Origin: Chthoniobacteraceae bacterium
GTDB taxonomy: Bacteria; Verrucomicrobiota; Verrucomicrobiia; Chthoniobacterales; Chthoniobacteraceae
Direction: 5' to 3'
Assembly (NCBI GenBank): GCA_037190965.1
Contig: JBBCKI010000029.1
Location: 131,784-195,783, forward strand
Length of the DNA: 64,000 nt
A program made the position numbers and the translations under genes. How positions within the stretch are numbered: position 1 is the first letter of the stretch; every line of letters begins with the position of its first letter. Positions 10,532 to 19,971 of this stretch are shown here, in pieces. The notes under the pieces were generated by a model. It had not been told where the DNA came from. It was given only the letters and a program-made list of their open reading frames with translations, and did not search any database.

Positions 10532-12856
10532 ATGCGTAGTTTTCTAGTCATCATTGCAGTAGTCCCTTTCCTTCTGCCTCCGGCCAAGGCCGCGCAGATC
10601 TCCCTTGCCGCCAACCAAAAATCTGAGGCGGTTATCCTGGTTTCCTCCCGCATCATGGAAGGAGATCGGGATATCTCCAAAGTCAACGGCCGTTCCCGTG
10701 AAGCTCAAAATGAAAAGGACCGTAGACGTCTGCGCGAATCCGTCAGGGATCTCAGCGTCTATTTGGGCAAGATTGCGGGGACTCAACCGGTGGACGTCAT
10801 CAGTGATTCCAAGACGGCCCCGCCGATGAAGCTGCCGGTGTATATTGGAGAACTCGCGGCGGAGAAATTTGGCCCGGTGAACAAAAGCTATTCCGGCAAG
10901 CAGGCCTTCCGCTACGTCGCAGGAAAACGTGGACTGGGGCTTTACGGGGAGTCCGATCTCGCCGCGAGCTATGCGATCTACGAACTGCTGGACAAGCTGG
11001 GGTGCCGCTGGTTCATGCCAGGCGAGCTTGGGGAATGCATCCCGGCGGTGAGCGAACTCCGGATCGAAGAGGCCGATTATGCTTCTGCTCCTGGAACATT
11101 GTGCCGGGAGATATGGCTGGCGGATGATGCTTATCGCCGTAGAAATCGCCTGGGAGGAATTCTCCTGCAAACCGGACATGCGTTGGAGGCTTACTTAACC
11201 AAGGCGGATCGCGAGGCCCACCCGGAATATCGCGCTACGATCTCGGGTGTTCCCTCAGAGAAGCGGCTCAAGTGGAGCAGCCCAGCGGTGGCCTCCGCGA
11301 TTGCGGGGAAAATCGTTGAAAGGCTCAACAAGGTGCCGCAGGCCTCCATGTCGCTTTCGCCGGATGACGGCTCGAAATTTGACGAATCCGAGGAGGATAG
11401 AAGGCTTGATGCAGGGGATTTTGACCCGACTTTCCAGACCGTGTCGCTCACGGATCGGCTCATGGTCCTTTGTAATCGCATCGTTGGCGAGGTGGTAAAA
11501 CACCATCCAGACACGCTCTTTGGGATGTTGGCCTACGTGCAATACACTCGACCGCCCGTGCGGGAGAAGTTGCATCCCAACCTGATTCCGCAGATCGCGC
11601 CGATTAGTTATGACCGGGCGCATCCCATCCCTGACGAACGAGCTCCCAATAACGTGGAATATCGCAAGTTGATCGAAGGGTGGGGGAAGGCATCGCCGCG
11701 CGTTTCGTACTATCTTTATGCCTATTTTCTCGGTGAAATCTCCGCGCCCAATCCGCTCATTCGCAAATGGAGCACCGATTTGCCGCTTTTCTACCAGAAC
11801 AATTGCACCTTCTGGCAACCAGAGACCGCGGCAAACTTCGAGACCACGATGCAGGGGCTCCATCTCGGAAATCGCCTGGCTTGGGATCCCCGTCAGGACC
11901 CTGCGGCGATCATTGCCGATCTCAATACGCGCTTTTATGGCAACGCCTCCAAGGAGATGGAAGCCTATTGGAACTACATCGACAGCGTTTGGGTCGACAA
12001 CCCGGAGTATACGGGCGGAGATTTCGGTTATCTGCTGCGGTTCACACCGGCTGTGATGAAAATGGCGAGGGAGCTCATGAATGCCGGGGTCGCGGCGTGC
12101 CGTACAAAAGTTGAAACCGAACGTGTGGAGCTTGCGGACGCCTCCTTGCGGCAGTTCGAGAAGTACATGAAGCTGCGGGAAGACTATGCAGCCGGGCGCT
12201 TCACCAAGCTCGCCGAGGAAAACGAAGCTTACCGGCAGGAACTGATTGCCTTGTCGCAGAAGTACAAGGAGAACTACGCATTTACCGCCGCTCCATGGGC
12301 GAAAAGCAGTACTCATGCGTTGGTGTGGCACGATGATTTCAAGACCATCAGCTACAACGATGCGAGCCGGATTGCCGCTGAATTCGAGATTGTTACCCCC
12401 GAGCCAATTCACTTTAAGTTCCAGGCTGACAAGAACGACACGGGCCTTAAAGAGGGGTGGGGAGCCGCGGGTTTCGATGATTCGGGATGGAAGGAAACAA
12501 ACCCCGCGGTGGAGAGCTGGTCTTCCATTGGCCTGTACGATCACATCGGCACGGTGTGGTATCGCACGAAGGTAGAATCGACCGGAGGCTCTTCGAAGAA
12601 GAAGGTATACCTTTGGCTCGGGGGAACGGATGGCTCGGCGGAAGTGTACGTTAATGGAAAGGAAGTCTCATACATCAACCCGAAGACGAACGAGCCACAG
12701 GTTTTCAAGGGCTTCTGTCGTCCCGCTTCCTTTGAGATGACCGCTGCGCTGGCCGAAGGCAGAAATGAGATTGCGATTCGTACGAATCGTTCCTTTCTCA
12801 ATGAAATCGGTACCGGAGGACTGCTGGGGCCGGTCGTTATTTATCGCGAAAGATAG
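10532..12856 (+). CDS. DUF4838 domain protein with C-terminal galactose-binding-like (GH2 sugar-binding type) domain
   Basis: YAIYELLDKLGCRWFMPGELG, LSPDDG, MLAY, RLAWDP motifs; C-terminal FDDSGW...VWYR...VYVNG. Confidence 0.8.
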   Translation: MRSFLVIIAVVPFLLPPAKAAQISLAANQKSEAVILVSSRIMEGDRDISKVNGRSREAQNEKDRRRLRESVRDLSVYLGKIAGTQPVDVISDSKTAPPMKLPVYIGELAAEKFGPVNKSYSGKQAFRYVAGKRGLGLYGESDLAASYAIYELLDKLGCRWFMPGELGECIPAVSELRIEEADYASAPGTLCREIWLADDAYRRRNRLGGILLQTGHALEAYLTKADREAHPEYRATISGVPSEKRLKWSSPAVASAIAGKIVERLNKVPQASMSLSPDDGSKFDESEEDRRLDAGDFDPTFQTVSLTDRLMVLCNRIVGEVVKHHPDTLFGMLAYVQYTRPPVREKLHPNLIPQIAPISYDRAHPIPDERAPNNVEYRKLIEGWGKASPRVSYYLYAYFLGEISAPNPLIRKWSTDLPLFYQNNCTFWQPETAANFETTMQGLHLGNRLAWDPRQDPAAIIADLNTRFYGNASKEMEAYWNYIDSVWVDNPEYTGGDFGYLLRFTPAVMKMARELMNAGVAACRTKVETERVELADASLRQFEKYMKLREDYAAGRFTKLAEENEAYRQELIALSQKYKENYAFTAAPWAKSSTHALVWHDDFKTISYNDASRIAAEFEIVTPEPIHFKFQADKNDTGLKEGWGAAGFDDSGWKETNPAVESWSSIGLYDHIGTVWYRTKVESTGGSSKKKVYLWLGGTDGSAEVYVNGKEVSYINPKTNEPQVFKGFCRPASFEMTAALAEGRNEIAIRTNRSFLNEIGTGGLLGPVVIYRER

Positions 12857-12905
12857 GATTGCAGCATGTGAAGGCGGAATTTCGAGTGGCTAACGCAAAT
12901 AGTTT

Positions 12906-14063
12906 ATGAAGAATATCGCGATGATAGGCGCCGGTCAGAGACTGCGCGCAGTTGTGAGGGGCGTGCTGGCGGAGAGTCATGGAAACATTCGTGTAGTAGC
13001 TGTCCATGATCCCGATCCTCTCTCCATAGACGCCGCGTGCTCTGAGTTCGGCAGTTCATTGGAACGTTGCGACACCGTTCAGGCACTAATTAGTCGCGAA
13101 GATGTCGATTGGGTTTTCGTCGGCTCCCTCAACTACCAACACGCGCAGCAGAGCATCAACGCTCTTAGAGCCGGGAAAAATGTATTTTGTGAGAAACCGC
13201 TGGCGACAGACTTGGAAGATTGTCGCCGGGTTCGGATGGCGGTGGAGGAAACCGGGCGGGTGTTTGCTTTCGGGCTGGTACTTCGTTACGCACCCCACTA
13301 TCGGAAGATTTATGAGATCGTGCAGTCTGGACGTCTGGGCTATTTGATCTCCCTGGAATTTAACGAAACCCTTTCCTTTAATCATGGCGGATACATTTTT
13401 GGGAATTGGCGGCGCTCTCGCGCGCTTGCAGGCACGCACTTGCTGGAGAAATGCTGCCACGATCTGGATTTGACAAACTGGCTTGTGGGGCGCTTGCCCC
13501 TCCGGGCAGCAAGTTTCGGGGGACGGAATTTTTTCGTGCCCGAGAATGAGCGGCACATCGAACGAATCGGGCCGGATGAACAGGGGCGTCCTGCCTATAT
13601 GACCTGGCCTGATCCCCTTCGTGTGAACCCCTTTTCTCCCGGGGCGGACATTCTGGATAATCAGGTCGCTATTATTGAGTACGAGGGAGGGGTTCGTGCG
13701 GCGTTCCATACGAATTGCAATTCCGGCATCCCCGAGCGGCGGTTTTACTTATGCGGCTCGGAGGGATGCCTGCGTGCGGATGCCTATTCCGGGATCATCG
13801 AAGTGGGGCGCATCGGCCACGCCATGGAGGTCGAGCGCATTCCGACTGGATCGACGGATGGGCACGCGCAGAGCGATGAAGTCATGGCGCGAGGATTGGC
13901 AAAGACGATTCTGAGCGATGCACCTCCCCTGGTATCAGTCGATGAGGGTATCCTCGCGTGTGCCACGGCTTGGGGAATAGATATGGCTCACGAGAACTGC
14001 CAGGTGACGGATTACAAACCGTTCTGGCAGATGCTCTTTCCTGAAGGACGAAAGAGTGTCTGA
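12906..14063 (+). CDS. Gfo/Idh/MocA family oxidoreductase
   Basis: IAMIGAG Rossmann fold, VFCEKP, LLEKCCHDLD. Confidence 0.95.
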   Translation: MKNIAMIGAGQRLRAVVRGVLAESHGNIRVVAVHDPDPLSIDAACSEFGSSLERCDTVQALISREDVDWVFVGSLNYQHAQQSINALRAGKNVFCEKPLATDLEDCRRVRMAVEETGRVFAFGLVLRYAPHYRKIYEIVQSGRLGYLISLEFNETLSFNHGGYIFGNWRRSRALAGTHLLEKCCHDLDLTNWLVGRLPLRAASFGGRNFFVPENERHIERIGPDEQGRPAYMTWPDPLRVNPFSPGADILDNQVAIIEYEGGVRAAFHTNCNSGIPERRFYLCGSEGCLRADAYSGIIEVGRIGHAMEVERIPTGSTDGHAQSDEVMARGLAKTILSDAPPLVSVDEGILACATAWGIDMAHENCQVTDYKPFWQMLFPEGRKSV

Positions 14064-14081
14064 ACGTTGTCGCGAAAGATC

Positions 14082-14111
14082 TTGACCTGGATATAGATTC
14101 GTATCTATGAT
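14082..14111 (+). promoter_or_regulatory. Candidate promoter of the Verru_Chthon cassette containing operator TAGATTCGTATCTA (14094-14107)
   Basis: TTGACC(14082-14087)-18 bp-TATGAT(14106-14111), with a 14-bp site matching TAGANNCGNNTCTA in the spacer and overlapping the -10. Confidence 0.65.
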
Positions 14112-14198
14112 CTCCCCAAAGATCAGCCCGTGCAGGAGGAACGGGAAGTGACATATTGCGGCAAACAGATCAAAGGTAGTGTTTTGTCAATCGAACCT

Positions 14199-15296
14199 AT
14201 GTTCTCCGGAATTCGCGGAAGGTGGCGGGCGAGCGTCATAAGCGTTCGGAGAAGCCACATCGCAAGCTCATTGGCTTGCGGGACTGCATGGGGCTGCCCC
14301 GGCGGCTGCTGCCGCAAGGTCAGCCGGGGATTTTCCCTCCTGGAAGTGCTGGTTACTTGCACGATCCTTTCAATGATTGGAGCGCTTACGTTTGCCATCG
14401 TCAACCAGGCGAGTGCCGTATGGATGCGCAGTCGAGCATCGTTGGTTGCTTTCGAAGGAGCTCGGGTCGGCTTCGAGTATCTGACACGCCAGCTGCAACA
14501 AGCCACGCTTGGAACCTACTGGGATTATGATGATCCGCAGCAGCCCACACGTTATCAACGGCGTTCCGAGCTTCACTTTCTGATGGGAAATGCGGGAACC
14601 ATCACGGGCGCTGGCAATGCTCTGTCGCAGGCTGTGTTCTTTCAGGCCCCGCTCGGATTCACACGCCAGAGAGGGGAGTCGGGAGGTAAAGACTACCGTC
14701 CCTTGCGGAGTATCCTGAGTGCGGTCGGCTTTTATGTCCAGTTCGGTTCCCAGCAGGATTTGCCCCCTTTTCTGAAAGATACTCTTCCCGAGCGATATCG
14801 TTTCCGATTGATGTACTTTCGCGAGCCTTCGGAGAAGCTTTCGCTTTATGCCGAGCGAAATACAGACGGCTCTCCCTCTCCTTCCTGGTTGCGCGGGAAT
14901 CTGGAGGAGTATTCCTCGCCGATTGCGGAGAATGTCGTGGCGCTTATTTTTCGCGCCAAGTATCCGAACGGCAGCCAAGGGACGGCGGAATCTTATCAGT
15001 ATGATTCCGCCTTCAAGGACGGTTCGGCGACATACAACCAACTGCCGCCGGTTATTACCATCACCATGGTTGTCATCGACGAGGCGAGCGCGGTTCGGCT
15101 CCAGGCCTTGAATGGCTCCAGCCTTCCTGACTTGAAGATAGATAGTCTCTTTTCCGAAAGTGGAGAGATTCCTGATGGGAAATACAAGTCCGACCTCCAG
15201 GTTTTGGAAGAGAGATTGCAACAGTCTTCCATTCCCTTGAACTACCGCATTTTCTCCGCCGATGTTGCCGTACGCGGCGCCAAGTGGAGTCGCTAG
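14199..15296 (+). CDS. Verru_Chthon cassette protein C (prepilin-like)
   Basis: GFSLLEVLV prepilin cleavage motif, then AFEGARVGFEYLTRQLQQATLGTYWDY...RRSELHF and AVFFQAPLG. Start uncertain (14130-14271). Confidence 0.85.
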   Translation: MFSGIRGRWRASVISVRRSHIASSLACGTAWGCPGGCCRKVSRGFSLLEVLVTCTILSMIGALTFAIVNQASAVWMRSRASLVAFEGARVGFEYLTRQLQQATLGTYWDYDDPQQPTRYQRRSELHFLMGNAGTITGAGNALSQAVFFQAPLGFTRQRGESGGKDYRPLRSILSAVGFYVQFGSQQDLPPFLKDTLPERYRFRLMYFREPSEKLSLYAERNTDGSPSPSWLRGNLEEYSSPIAENVVALIFRAKYPNGSQGTAESYQYDSAFKDGSATYNQLPPVITITMVVIDEASAVRLQALNGSSLPDLKIDSLFSESGEIPDGKYKSDLQVLEERLQQSSIPLNYRIFSADVAVRGAKWSR

Positions 15297-15325
15297 ATTG
15301 CTGAGCCGCTGAGATCAATACGAGA

Positions 15326-15757
15326 ATGAAAGCGACAAGATACCACAGATTGAATCGAAGGGCCTTTTCCCTCGTGGAAGTCGTGCTTGCGCTTGGAATT
15401 CTCGCCTTCTGCGTGTTGCCGGTGCTTGGATTGCTGTCTGTCGCCCTGACCGCCACCCGTTCCACCATGGATATCAATCTCAAGACACGGATGCTTCAGA
15501 CGGCCCGTACCTATTTTCTCGATCGACCTTTCAGCTCGCTGACGGGCGACACGGTCAATATCTTCTTCGATGCCGAAGGGGCGGAGGTCGGCGATAGCCA
15601 GATCGCCCGGTATCGGCTTGAAGCCCATGTTTCGAAAGACGTCGCTTTGCCGGGCGCCAACCTTCGCAGCCTCAAGCGCCTGGTCCTTTCGATCAATAAC
15701 AAGGAGACTGGCGAAACTTTTATTAATCACTTCCATGTGCCGGACAACGGGTTCTGA
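15326..15757 (+). CDS. Verru_Chthon cassette protein B (prepilin-like)
   Basis: RRAFSLVEVVLALGILAFCVLPVLGLL N-terminus; FFDAEG motif; 143 aa. Confidence 0.85.
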   Translation: MKATRYHRLNRRAFSLVEVVLALGILAFCVLPVLGLLSVALTATRSTMDINLKTRMLQTARTYFLDRPFSSLTGDTVNIFFDAEGAEVGDSQIARYRLEAHVSKDVALPGANLRSLKRLVLSINNKETGETFINHFHVPDNGF

Positions 15758-16307
15758 AAAGAGCGCATTCACGCTGCTCGAGCTTCTCGTGGTGATGGCG
15801 ATCGCCGTCGCCATGATGGTCTTTTTCGTTGGCGCTCTCTCCGATGTCCTGCGGGCGGGAAGAATTACGCAGGCGGCGCAGACGATTGTCGATGCGATCA
15901 ACCTGGCACGCGAGACAGCGGTTGCCCGAAACAACGTCGTCGAAGTCGTATTCAAAAAGGAAGCCCGCGACGGCGTAGCCGATCAGGCATATTTTCAGAG
16001 GGTCCTTGGTCGCGTGGTGGCGAAGGACGGCACCAAGACGGAAATCCTCTGCAGGCATTGGTTGCCGGAAGGAACATTGATCTCCACCGTATCCGGGCTT
16101 TCCAGTATGCTGGACGAGACTTTGGGCGAGGGCATCTTTCGGATTCGTCCCAATGGGGAGCTGGAGACGGTAACAGGCGCGGGTAACCATTGGTTCGTCA
16201 CGGTGGTTGCTTTCGGAGACAAGGACCGAAACGCCTCGGCGCTGCGGAATTTCGCGACGATTCAGATCAACCCCTTCACGGCGAGAACCTTCACCCACCG
16301 TCCATGA
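15735..16307 (+). CDS. Verru_Chthon cassette protein D (prepilin-like)
   Basis: AFTLLELLVVMAI N-terminus, LARETAVARNNVVEV, C-terminal NFATIQINPFTARTFTHRP. Confidence 0.85.
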   Translation: MCRTTGSEKSAFTLLELLVVMAIAVAMMVFFVGALSDVLRAGRITQAAQTIVDAINLARETAVARNNVVEVVFKKEARDGVADQAYFQRVLGRVVAKDGTKTEILCRHWLPEGTLISTVSGLSSMLDETLGEGIFRIRPNGELETVTGAGNHWFVTVVAFGDKDRNASALRNFATIQINPFTARTFTHRP

Positions 16308-19300
16308 GGACCATGACCCCAAAACCACGTGCTTGCAAGCGGAGGGGAGCGGCCCTCTTGATCGTGCTGGCCTGCCTGGTGATTGTCACCGTGTTGGTTG
16401 TGCAGTTCCTGCTTATGGCGCGCAGCGAATTGAAGAGCAGCACAAACTATTCCGCGGAAAGGGAGACAAGGTCGCTGGCGGATCTTGCGGTGAATGTGGT
16501 GATGGCACAGGTGCGCGATGCCACAACGGACGGGCCTGGCGAAAATGCCTGGGCCAGCCAGCCGGGAGCAATCCGCGTCTGGGACAACGATGGCGATCTC
16601 GCGCGGGTGTATAAGCTATACTCGGCAAAGGAAATGCAGGCGGAGGACATGAAATTTCTACCCTTCGAAGTTCCCACCGATTGGGCAGCCCGCACCAATG
16701 AATATGTGGACATCAACGAGCCCGTTCTCCTCCGCGACACAGCGGGCGCAGTGAAGCGGACTGTCTTTCCAATTCTCAATCCCGCATCCTTCGATACGGT
16801 CCAGGGATGCACAACTACCCGCGCGAACCTGGGCGGAGACTATGATACCCGTGCGGCTATGCCGGTACGCTGGCTTTACGTGCTGCGGGACGGCGCGATC
16901 GGTGACAGATCCGAAGCGACGGCCGATAACCCCATCGTAGGGCGGATTTCATTCTGGACGGATGATGATTCCAGCAAGATCAACATCAATACGGCCTCGG
17001 CAACCAAGCTGAATCCAGCTTTTAATTCCAATATTCCGGATGTTCCAAGCGATAGTTTTTGGGATGTTCCCTACACATATACGTTTCAGGATACGCGACT
17101 CGGCTATTTTCCGCCTATTGAGGGCGAATACCAACGCTATCCGGGACATCCGGCAAGTGTGAACCTGCTGACGGTGCTGGGGGGTGATCCCTCGCTGACG
17201 TTGATCGACATGTTCAATCTCACCCCGAGGTATAAATGGGGCGGATCAGAAAATGCGACGATATCGTTCCAAAACACCTCCGGGTTGGCACGGTTGTCCA
17301 AGAACGATCGGTTGTATACGAGTAGTGACGAACTACGCTTCAATGCCAGTATGTCTGACGGTCAGAGGCAGGCGAATTTTCTTGGGAATGGCTCGGAATC
17401 GGCCACGATGGAAACCCTGCTGAATCGTTGGCAATTTTTTCTCACGGCCTACAGCAGGAGTCCGGACCTCAATCTCTTCGCTCAGCCGCGCGTATGCATT
17501 TGGCCAATCTCCTCCATTGATGACGAAAATCATCGAACGATCTACGACAATCTGATGGCTTTTTGCACGACGATTGGAAGCGGCACCGAGAAGAAGCCGT
17601 ATTACTTCGTGCGCCGGTATCCTTTGAGCCAGACTGCAGATTGGAATAGTTTCGACCGCAATCGGGAGGTTTTCGACTATCTGTTTGACCTTACTTCCAA
17701 GAAGATTCCTGGTTACGGTGGAAATTTCCTCAATAAATACGATGTGAGGGATGGCGGTGCCTCCGGGGAGTGGCATCAGATCCTCACCGAGATCTTCGAC
17801 TATATCCGTTGCGTGAATCTTAATGAGACGTATGCGAATGTTCCGGCAGACTACACAAGTTACACACCGACGTTGGGACCGGTTCCTCCCTTCCTCAGTT
17901 CGAAGAATTTCGATGGGGCGGGAGTGGTGCTTCCGATAAAAATTGGCAACTCTCGCGGAGCGGGGAGGGTTCCAGTTATGTCGGAGGCCGCCATAACGGT
18001 CATCCACAATGGCGGGACAACATCGGGGAACCCCATCAATCAACTGCAGAGCGCACTGCTGCTGGAGACATTTTCGCCCATGCTGGGTTTCATGCCTTGG
18101 CAGCCGGTGGATTTCCAGATTGGTGCGAAGTGCACTGCCCTGCTAAAGGAAACGTCGGCTCCCGCCGGAGTGGCGATTTTCCCGGGCGGGGATTCGGCTT
18201 TCGTCTATTCTAACGCAGTCAGCAAAAGCCCTGCAATGCGTTCCTCTCAAAGCGTGGGGGGCACGGATGGATTTTCCTGGTGGATGCCTAGAGCTGGTGA
18301 ACTGACCAATGATGGCGGCACGTATCCGTTCTGGCGCGATCGCATCACTGGGTTGCCCGTTTCCACCTCCGAGCTTTCCCTCGTAGCAGGCTCGTTGAGC
18401 GTGGAGTTGAAGATGGGAGGCGTCGCCTATCAGACTTATCAGCTTGATGTTCCGGGGACGGCCTTGCCAATGCCTCAATTTGTGGCCGCTCCAGTCGGGC
18501 AGAGCGGCAGAAACCTGGATTGGAAGAACCGGGGGCTGTTCGGCAATCTATCCGGTTTTCGCGCTGAGGATGTTGTTCGCGGTATCTCGCTACGGGATGG
18601 CGATCATCGCATCATGGCCTATCTCGACGCCGTGCCAGCCAACTTCTTCCGGGAACACCGGGATTACTTCAACGCTAGTATTCGCTTTGCTCATGGCCTG
18701 CGGACGAGTATTTCCGGCGGATACAAAGGAGTCGATTACACCGATGGAACCTCGAACGGGAGATTCATTCAGACCGACTACCTTGCGGCAGATCGTACAA
18801 CGGATTACATCTTCGACACATTTCGACCCAAAATCGACGCCCGTATTGAGGATCTTCGGGCGGAGGGGTGGACGGGAGACTGGAATACAGGGATGTCCGT
18901 GTTCCCCGACGGGGCTTACCTCAATAAATCCGACGAAGGAGTCATGGATGGCGGCGCGGCGACCGCCCTGTATACTGACCTCGGCGAGTGGTCGCGGGCG
19001 AAGGGATTTTTCTCCCCTACGCGGCAGATTCCCTCGGCGGCGATGTTCGGATCGCTGCCGACCGGGGTAAAGCGAACCTTGCAGGCGTACGAGGGCGGAG
19101 ACTATGCCAATGGCAGACCTTGGAGGACGCTGCTGTTTTGTCCGAACCCCGACGCCGGAAGCGGGCATTTCGGACTGACATCCCCGCCTGACTACTTGCT
19201 GCTGGATTTCTTTCATCTTCCGGTGGTGGAGCCATACGCCATCAGCGAACCGTTCTCCACCGCAGGGAGGCTGAATATGAACTGTCAAATCCTCCCGTTT

Positions 19301-19927
19301 ACGGACATCTCACGCAAGACTGCACTGCACGCTGTATTGGATGGAATGCGTGTCACCACCATTCCCACTGGCGACGGCCTTGTCTACAAGAAGGAAAGTA
19401 GCCGGTTAGACAAGACTTTGAAGTACCGTCCCGCGCTGAATATTCCCGAGACCCTAAAACAATTGGACGATAAATTTGCACCAAACGGGGATGCGGCCCA
19501 AGGGGATCTATTCAAAAGCGCGGCGGAGATTTGCAGTATCTTTCTCATTCCCAAGGATGTCGCGGGAAGCCCGACGTCGGATAACATTGCGAGTTGGTGG
19601 AGCGGTTACCGTCTGACTGGGGATAACGTGCGGGAAAAGCCCTATGCGACGCTCTATCCTCTGCTGACGACAAAATCGAACACCTACACCGTACACGTGC
19701 GTGTCCAGGCGCTGAAGAAGGTTCCAGGGACGCCCCCGGCAGACTTCGAGGAAGGCCGGGACAAGGTCCTGGGCGAGTATCGCGGCAGCTTCTCCATTGA
19801 ACGCTATCTGGATCCCAACGATGAGCGGTTGCCGGGAGGCGCACAAGCATCGATCGATCCTGACACTCAGTCGCTGGAATCCGTCTATCGCTTCCGATTC
19901 TTGGAAACCAAAGAGTTTTCTCCGTGA
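16304..19927 (+). CDS. Verru_Chthon cassette protein A (large PilX/GspK-like component)
   Basis: RRGAALLIVLACLVIVTVLVV N-terminus; AWASQPG, YKLYS, MPVRWLY, FWTDDDSSKININTAS, EYQRYPGHPA, LTTKSNTYTVHVRVQ. ATGA overlap with protein D. Confidence 0.9.
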   Translation: MRTMTPKPRACKRRGAALLIVLACLVIVTVLVVQFLLMARSELKSSTNYSAERETRSLADLAVNVVMAQVRDATTDGPGENAWASQPGAIRVWDNDGDLARVYKLYSAKEMQAEDMKFLPFEVPTDWAARTNEYVDINEPVLLRDTAGAVKRTVFPILNPASFDTVQGCTTTRANLGGDYDTRAAMPVRWLYVLRDGAIGDRSEATADNPIVGRISFWTDDDSSKININTASATKLNPAFNSNIPDVPSDSFWDVPYTYTFQDTRLGYFPPIEGEYQRYPGHPASVNLLTVLGGDPSLTLIDMFNLTPRYKWGGSENATISFQNTSGLARLSKNDRLYTSSDELRFNASMSDGQRQANFLGNGSESATMETLLNRWQFFLTAYSRSPDLNLFAQPRVCIWPISSIDDENHRTIYDNLMAFCTTIGSGTEKKPYYFVRRYPLSQTADWNSFDRNREVFDYLFDLTSKKIPGYGGNFLNKYDVRDGGASGEWHQILTEIFDYIRCVNLNETYANVPADYTSYTPTLGPVPPFLSSKNFDGAGVVLPIKIGNSRGAGRVPVMSEAAITVIHNGGTTSGNPINQLQSALLLETFSPMLGFMPWQPVDFQIGAKCTALLKETSAPAGVAIFPGGDSAFVYSNAVSKSPAMRSSQSVGGTDGFSWWMPRAGELTNDGGTYPFWRDRITGLPVSTSELSLVAGSLSVELKMGGVAYQTYQLDVPGTALPMPQFVAAPVGQSGRNLDWKNRGLFGNLSGFRAEDVVRGISLRDGDHRIMAYLDAVPANFFREHRDYFNASIRFAHGLRTSISGGYKGVDYTDGTSNGRFIQTDYLAADRTTDYIFDTFRPKIDARIEDLRAEGWTGDWNTGMSVFPDGAYLNKSDEGVMDGGAATALYTDLGEWSRAKGFFSPTRQIPSAAMFGSLPTGVKRTLQAYEGGDYANGRPWRTLLFCPNPDAGSGHFGLTSPPDYLLLDFFHLPVVEPYAISEPFSTAGRLNMNCQILPFTDISRKTALHAVLDGMRVTTIPTGDGLVYKKESSRLDKTLKYRPALNIPETLKQLDDKFAPNGDAAQGDLFKSAAEICSIFLIPKDVAGSPTSDNIASWWSGYRLTGDNVREKPYATLYPLLTTKSNTYTVHVRVQALKKVPGTPPADFEEGRDKVLGEYRGSFSIERYLDPNDERLPGGAQASIDPDTQSLESVYRFRFLETKEFSP

Positions 19928-19971
19928 GATTGAGACTTAATCACCATATTTTCTAATCGCCTAAAACTGTC

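Noticed and set aside
11255..12544. 429-aa minus-strand ORF
   Set aside because: Shadow of the DUF4838 gene
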